Program-made: the position numbers and the translations under genes
DNA from: Macrostomum hystrix
Taxonomy: Eukaryota > Animalia > Platyhelminthes
Reading direction: 5' to 3'
Length of the DNA: 64,000 bases
Assembly (NCBI GenBank): GCA_950097015.1
Contig: CATNEN010000033.1
Location: 2,294,001-2,358,000 of the forward strand
Shown here: in pieces, positions 57,174 through 64,000 of the stretch
How the letters are laid out: every line of letters begins with the position of its first letter
How positions within the stretch are numbered: the first letter of the stretch is position 1
Notes under the pieces: model-generated
Databases searched by the model: none
What the model saw: only the letters and a program-made list of their open reading frames with translations
Told to the model about the DNA's origin: nothing

Positions 57174-58751
57174 TCACTTCCTGAGCTCTGAGTCCTGCTG
57201 CTGCTCATCGTGCTGCAATGACCGCTTGATCAGCCGGTCGCCCTCCGTAGCAGGCTCTGAGCAGCTCTGCTCCACCGACTCCAGGGCCTCCTTGTAGACG
57301 GCCAGGCACCAGGGGTTCGCGTCGATGAAAGCGCGCAACCGACTGGGGTAGTCGGTCATGACGCCTTCACACCCGGCTCTGGAGACAGGGGGAGACAGGC
57401 AGGTTGGGTCAGGTGAGGACTGGCAGGTTGGGTGAGGTGAGGACAGGCAGGTTGGGTCAGGTGAGGACTGGCAGGTTGGGTCAGTTGAGGGCTGGCAGGT
57501 TGGGTCAGTTGAGGACTGGCAGGTTGGGTCAGTTGAGGACAGGCAGGTTGGGTCAGGTGAGGACTGGCAGGTTGGGTCAGGTGAGGACTGGCAGGTTGGG
57601 TCAGGTGAGGACTGGCAGGTTGGGTCAGGTGAGGACTGGCAGGTTGGGTCAGGTGAGGACTGGCAGGTTGGGTGAGGACTTTTACCTGAAAGCCCTGGCG
57701 AATTGTTCCTCATTATTGGCCACCCAGGCGAATGTGGGGATGCCACGCATCCGCAGGTGCCCAATAAGCATCGGTGACATCAGCAGGCAGTCCAGCAAGC
57801 GAAAGAGACCCCGCAGGAGGCAGCGCAGCACAAGCGGTACCCTGCGCCAGATTTCATCAGCCCCTGGATCCAAGAAGACCGAAGGCATAGGCGGCTCGTA
57901 GTGAGTCTCGGAGATAGGCACAAACGGCAACAGGCCCGTGACGAACAGCAACACCACCAGGGCGATGCGGCGCTGCGAGAAAAGACGCGGCACCCGCGGC
58001 TCCAGACGGGCCAGCTGGGCCACGATCCGGTGAGACCGGTTGCCCCACACCGTCACTTCCAGTCGGTTGTGCTCGCGAAGCATGCGCACAACTGACTCCA
58101 TGAGGTCGCGCCTACAGGTTGCAGTTAGTGCTCAATTCGTCATGCTCACATCCAGACTAAGGGTTGGGTCTAGCTAAACAGTCACAATCACACAGAGCAT
58201 CTACTCTAGCTAACTAGTTCCATATACGAAATCTGAACCTGGCTGTAATAATGAGCGTGGAATAGTCGACCAACAGACCTGTCAACCTTGACATCGACAT
58301 TGATAGGCAGCCCAGGAAACTCTCGCAGCACCTCTTCAAGCAGCGGTATTCGTCTATCTGTACCCGAGGACATCTCTGTTCCGGGCGAAAATGTCACACC
58401 CAACTGTTGACAGATCGGTGGCAGCTTGTCATAGTCCAGCTGGTCAATGCGGCCCTCCAGCCCGCACAAGCGGTCAAGCTGCTCGTCGTGAGCCACGACA
58501 ACCTGGCCGTCTCTGGTCATCTGACAATCCAGCTCCAGCATGTGGGTGCCATGCTGATTCACCGCGGTCCGAAACGCCTCCATGGTGTTCTCGGCGAGCT
58601 CCCCGGCTCCACCCCGGTGGCTGATGTGGGCGGCTGCAAACGAGCGACGCTTGCGGCGATGAAGACAGCCGGGATAGCGCATCAGCAGGCAGGACAGGAC
58701 AGCGTAGCCAAGCAGGCAGCCGGCTGCCACAGAGGACCAGATGTACCAGGT
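57174..58751 (-). CDS. Glycerophosphodiester phosphodiesterase / lysophospholipase D, GDPD1/GDPD3-like
   Basis: Exons 58751-58279, 58111-57686 and 57378-57174 join in phase 2. Motifs: N-terminal TM, ISHRGGAGELAENTMEAF, MLELDC, VVAHD, TVWGN, GVMTDYP. The start codon is unresolved (acceptor at 58752 or ATG further upstream in the ORF). Confidence 0.9.
57395..57680. repeat. 24-bp minisatellite (CAGGTGAGGACTGGCAGGTTGGGT)n in the last GDPD intron
   Basis: About 11 units. Confidence 0.9.
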
Positions 58752-61205
58752 CTGCGGTGTTGAATAAAGGCTCCTGATTTCATCAAAACGTATAAAATTC
58801 ATATTGGCAAAAATACTTGCACCGAGTTTCAAAGGCTATAAATTTATCTAGCTAGTACTACATTACATGCGGTCTAAAATCCTTCCTTATCGTAGAATCT
58901 CTGAAATATCCTATCTCTATAGCTATAGTCATTTTAGAAATGATTGCAGTAAGTACCCATTGAGCATTCTGATGTGCTGAATTTCGATGTTATACTAGCT
59001 AGTATATTAAATTCATCAAATAAACCTTGAATACGATTTCAAAATTAACCAATTTTGTTTTCTTCACTCCCTCAATCAAAGATAAGTCAGCATAGTTTAC
59101 TATATTGACAATATATAGATGCTACATTACATGTTAGGCCAAGTTCAGGTGAGTCAAGCACTTTTACTTTCTAGCTTCTGCCAAGCAAACTATACTAGTT
59201 TTGGTATAGAAATAGAATATAGAAATTTATTTAAATTAACTTTTAATGAAGCTCATACAGCATACTATTCTTTTTGTTATAAAGCTACTACCTAGAATCT
59301 AGCTAATAAAATTTAATAAGCAAACAAAAATGATAATAATATATTTTGAATAAAAATACAATTGCTGACTGGACATCAACATGCTGCATAGCTCTATGCA
59401 CAACATGTCTTTTAACTGTTACCCACGGCTAAAAATCGGTTATCTATGTTTTATAAAATTGGCCCCAGATGTCTGCTAAAAAAGGTCAAAATCCCATCTA
59501 ATCTAACTTACTACCTGAGGCAATATTGTAAATTTGTTGTTACTGTTTCAACCCTATCAGAAATATGGCAACAATAGTCATAATAGTCTTTTCGTACGTT
59601 AAGAATTGAAGAGTATATACATAAATATTTTTTTATTTATCTATAAATTTGGAAAGTTATAAGATTTTGCATGTCAAAAACTGCAGTGTAATCAATTTAA
59701 ACAGTATAACAAAAGCTTTTGTTTAGTACTGAGGACCTTAGTTTGTAAAATGCTAAAAAAACTGTTAATGAAAAAATTAAAACTAACTAAAACTAAATTT
59801 AGCACTCGTGGAGTTTATTTTATTATTTAGAATTCGCTCTGGTGTTTCAGTACTTACAATAGCGTTTTATGATTGTTCACTATCGAAGTAAAAATTAAGG
59901 TTTTCGGAGCTCTAGGATTACTTCATTGTAATGTTAACATTATAAGTGTAAAATGTTAACAGGAAAATATTGTGTCTCTGGTGATTAGATGATTGCATCA
60001 GCGGGGGTAATAGGAAATCTCGATTAAATTGAGAAGCTACGTATAAGTAAAAATCTATTTAAATATTTAACTATGGCTACCCATATAATAAATAAGAGCG
60101 AATTTTATGGGTATTTTATTAGAGAATATATACGTCAATGACTGAGTTGTACACTACCATTGAAGAATTTAAAACCGCCTGCTGTCAGCACATCATGCAG
60201 TCCGACGACACATCAGCAAGCCAGTGTCAGCTACGCCCACTGGAAGTCAGCTGCAGCATTGAACGTCGAGAGCAGCAACTAGATAACACCCCGATAGCAC
60301 TCAGACGTCGCTTTCGGTCCTGCCTGGCGAGTAGGCGGCGACAGCGGCAAAAGTGCAAAATATTAGCACAAGCATCTGCACCATAAGTGGTCCTTTGAGA
60401 TTTTGTAGATTTAGGCGCCAACTTCAAAAATATCAGGGTGTAGAGGGACGTGGACATGGCGATGGCGACGGAGATGCTGGCCATGCTCCTCGGCAAAGAA
60501 CATCGCACTGGACAGCAGGGACAGCACTGCGTAGTACTCGTATATAGCTTAGGACGCAGGTGAAAATAGGTATTTTTGTAGACAAAGTCTTGTCCGGCCA
60601 TATGGTAGCGACCGGACAGCCGTCTGGTCTATAGTTGCTCCAGCTTCCACTCGCCAACAGAGTAAAAGGTTAAGTTCCTTCTAACCACGGGGCTGAAACA
60701 TCCCCTTGTTTGCTGTGGATCATTAATTTTGGTTCCTTGAATTTAGAAGAATTGACGCTGGGTACCAGCATCAGCGGGGGTAATAGTGGTGAGTCTATCC
60801 TATTGATCAAGACACATTGAAAAGACGCCCCGGAAACAGTTGAGCGATTTCACCACACGCCCTGGAAACAGCTAAGTGCAACATGGCAGAGCCAGGCCTC
60901 TGAAATAATTTTTCGATAAATAGCAAATCTTTGATTTATAGCATGTGCGATGCCAAGATACAGAATGCGTCTTCTACAAACAGAAATTTTCATGCTTTAT
61001 TCTTTAAACAGCTTATTACAATACTTTTGACAGTTTCAAATTGTAAGCAAAAACATAATTATCACAATTCTCTGCGAGCATTGAGGAAGGAAATGCTGCT
61101 AAAAGCGAAGTGAAAAAGACAGACATCTGAGGTTAGAAGGTGGGTCTTCCAGGACAGAATGTCAATGACGAATGAATTTGGCGCAGGCACTCCGCCAGCG
61201 GTGGA

Positions 61206-61703
61206 CTATGCCAGGAATAACACGACCAGGCTGAAGCTCAGAGCAAGCAAACCCGCTGTCCCGGTGCTCCTGACTGCCGAGTTGCAGAGTCGGCTGGTGC
61301 AGCAGTACACATCCGCGTTGTAGATTGTGGGGCAATTGCTGGAAGTAACACAGTACCGGCTGATTGCCAGTGACGATTTGTCAACAGCTTTCTGAAGTGG
61401 AGAGAGGGCATTGTTAAGGATTCGTTGGCACAACTTCCGGTAGCGTTCATCGTCTAGTTTAAGCAGAGAATCATTACTCACGTAGCAAACTGAGCAGCTG
61501 GCAGAGCCCACGCTAGACACCTGCGATGTGGTGGAGGTGTCGATGGGATTCGAGCACAGTCCGGTGCCGCAGCTGTAGCAGGTCAGGCCAGATACGCCCA
61601 CAGAGCTCAGAGCCAGCGTCAGGAGCAACAGGCCGGCTGCAGAGCCGACGCGAGCTTGGAGTGGCAACAATGTCATGCCCTTGCTTTTAGAAGATGCTGC
61701 CAT
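61206..61703 (-). CDS. Ly6/uPAR (three-finger, quiver-like) GPI-anchored protein, 135 aa spliced
   Basis: Exons 61703-61482 and 61391-61206 with a 90-nt intron GTGAGT...TTCAG. Signal peptide, 10-Cys domain LTCYSC...CCTSRLCN, hydrophobic C-terminus. Confidence 0.88.
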   Translation of the reverse strand: MAASSKSKGMTLLPLQARVGSAAGLLLLTLALSSVGVSGLTCYSCGTGLCSNPIDTSTTSQVSSVGSASCSVCYVSNDSLLKLDDERYRKLCQRILNNALSPLQKAVDKSSLAISRYCVTSSNCPTIYNADVYCCTSRLCNSAVRSTGTAGLLALSFSLVVLFLA

Positions 61704-62961
61704 GTAGATTCGTGGCCTTTTGTGAGTAGCTGTTAGTCTGACTTGAGTAGACTCAGCCTACCATAATATCGGGGCTGGGTGGGGGCGCTTTTGTTGCACC
61801 GTTTCGAAGGGCGTCGGGCAGTAAACAGACCGATGAGTTGGGGAGGCCGTCTGAATACTGGTTAGAGACGAAGTGCCGAGCTTGGCTAGGGCAAGAATGT
61901 TCATCTTAAGTATTTGACTGTGCCCTTGTTGTCTCCATCTGCCTCTAAGCTTCATCTATCTGTACAGTGGTGCTTTGTTGTCACAAGAACTGTTTACTTT
62001 GACAGCGGCAGAAACAATTTTAGCCCACTCTCGCCACACTCCACGATGGCGAGTAATGAGCAGCGTGCTCAGGTAGATGCGGCTAGTTGGCCGAGTGAAG
62101 TGAGTGGAGTGAGAGACACGTCAGGGTTGAGACTGTACAAGCTGTTTTAGCTCTATTTTCACCCTTCAACAAGCGATTGACGTCATTAGAAACCAGAAAA
62201 TAGCGAAGGCAGTCACAGCATTCAAGTCTCAGTCTCATCTTCCAATGTGTTCTAAAAGCCAGCCAATGCCTTCTCTGTTAGTTTTTATCATTTTCATTTT
62301 GTCAGGCTAGATCTTCGCGCCTCCTTTGACGCAATTAATATATGATTTTTCTTTGGATCTAATAGGGCTATCACATGGGACTAGATATGGATTACTAGAC
62401 TAGTAACTGGGCTAAACTTTCTCAATTCGATAGAGAACAATTCGTAAATACGCCTTTTACACTGGGTTTTTTGCTACAATGGTCAATAATAAAATCTGCG
62501 CACCAACTGCACTACTGAAAAGTAGCGAGTAAAGCTTCTTCGTGTAGTAGGATTTCATCGCAATGATGATTGAATTTCTGGAAGAAATCCCGGGCACTTG
62601 CACTAGCCAGGGATTTCCTGGCACTTGTACCGCAAAAACGAGGCCGCCTGTGCCTACTCGCAACCATTGCTGAATTGCTGAAGCTTTAGTGCAAATGGCT
62701 TCCCTGACTAATTAATCAACAGATGCTACAGTAGACCATCCAAGATAGGTTATGATTAATTATCTTTTGTAGACTCGCCGGCAAACTAACCCTGCTTATC
62801 AGAGCTGGCACATCCTGCGGGGCCCTATGCTCAAAGTCGCTCCTTTTCAGCGTAGAATACAAAGTGACTCGAGCACTCAATCAGACAGCAGTGAGAGAAC
62901 ACATTGTTTTGCATGCCGAATTCGATTCTCTTTTCGCTAGCGCTCGCTTCTTGAATAGTTT

Positions 62962-64000
62962 TTTGCAGTACCAATGTGTATGCAGTACCAATGTGCATGC
63001 TGTACCAATGTGTATGCAGTACCAATGTGTATGCAGTACCAATGTGTATGCTGTACCAATGTGTATGCTATACCAATGTGTATGCTGTACCAATATGTAT
63101 GCAGTACCAATATGTATGCAGTACCAATGTGTATGCTATACTAATGTGTATGCTGTACCAATGTGTATGCTGTACCAATGTGTCTGCTGTACCAATGTGT
63201 CTGCTGTACAAATGTGTATGCAGTACCAATGTGTATGCAGTACCAATGTGTATGCTGTACCAATGTGTATGCAGTACCAATGTGTAATGCTGTACCAATG
63301 TGTATGCAGTACCAATGTGTATGCAGTACCAATGTGTATGCTGCACCAATGTGTATGCAGTACCAATGTGTAATGCTGTACCAATGTGTATGCAGTACCA
63401 ATGTGTATGCAGTACCAATGTGCATGCTGTACCAATGTGTATGCAGTACCAATGTGTATGCAGTACCAATGTGTATGCAGTACCAATGTGTATGCAGTAC
63501 CAATGTGTATGCAGTACCAATGTGTATGCAGTACCAATGTGTATGCTGTACCAATGTGTATGCAGTACCAATGTGCATGCTGTACCAATGTGTATGCAGT
63601 ACCAATGTGTATGCAGTACCAATGTGTATGCAGTACCAATGTGTATGCAGTACCAATGTGCATGCTGTACCAATGTGTATGCAGTACCAATGTGTATGCA
63701 GTACCAATGTGTATGCTGTACCAATGTGTATGCTATACCAATGTGTATGCTGTACCAATATGTATGCAGTACCAATATGTATGCAGTACCAATGTGTATG
63801 CTATACTAATGTGTATGCTGTACCAATGTGTATGCTGTACCAATGTGTCTGCTGTACCAATGTGTCTGCTGTACAAATGTGTATGCAGTACCAATGTGTA
63901 TGCAGTACCAATGTGTATGCTGTACCAATGTGTATGCAGTACCAATGTGCATGCTGTACCAATGTGCATGCTGTACCAATGTGTATGCTGTACCAATATG
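62962..64000. repeat. 17-bp minisatellite (GTACCAATGTGTATGCA/T)n running off the window end
   Basis: About 60 units. Confidence 0.93.

Overview
Animal genomic DNA with GC-rich exons and introns packed with minisatellites; this architecture suggests a flatworm such as Macrostomum (inference, not proven). Recognisable genes are the 3' half of unc-79 (+, with a young but internally deleted BEL/Pao LTR retrotransposon in one intron), an SLC3 heavy-chain homolog (+), WDR11 (+), a GDPD1/3-like phosphodiesterase (-) and a GPI-type Ly6/uPAR protein (-). The standout is a 13-kb tandem cluster (34.6-47.6 kb) of six single-ORF genes for small type I membrane proteins. Each has a minimal Cys module resembling the single CRD of BCMA/TACI/BAFF-R-type TNF receptors (6, 4 or 2 Cys) and a Tyr-motif-bearing tail. 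There is also an unrecognised spliced gene of about 1000 aa (-, 48.1-52.2 kb) masked by a 1-nt frameshift, inverted repeats bracketing frame-symmetric exons in two genes, and several minisatellite families sharing core motifs. All homology calls come from recalled sequence and motif knowledge; no searches were run.
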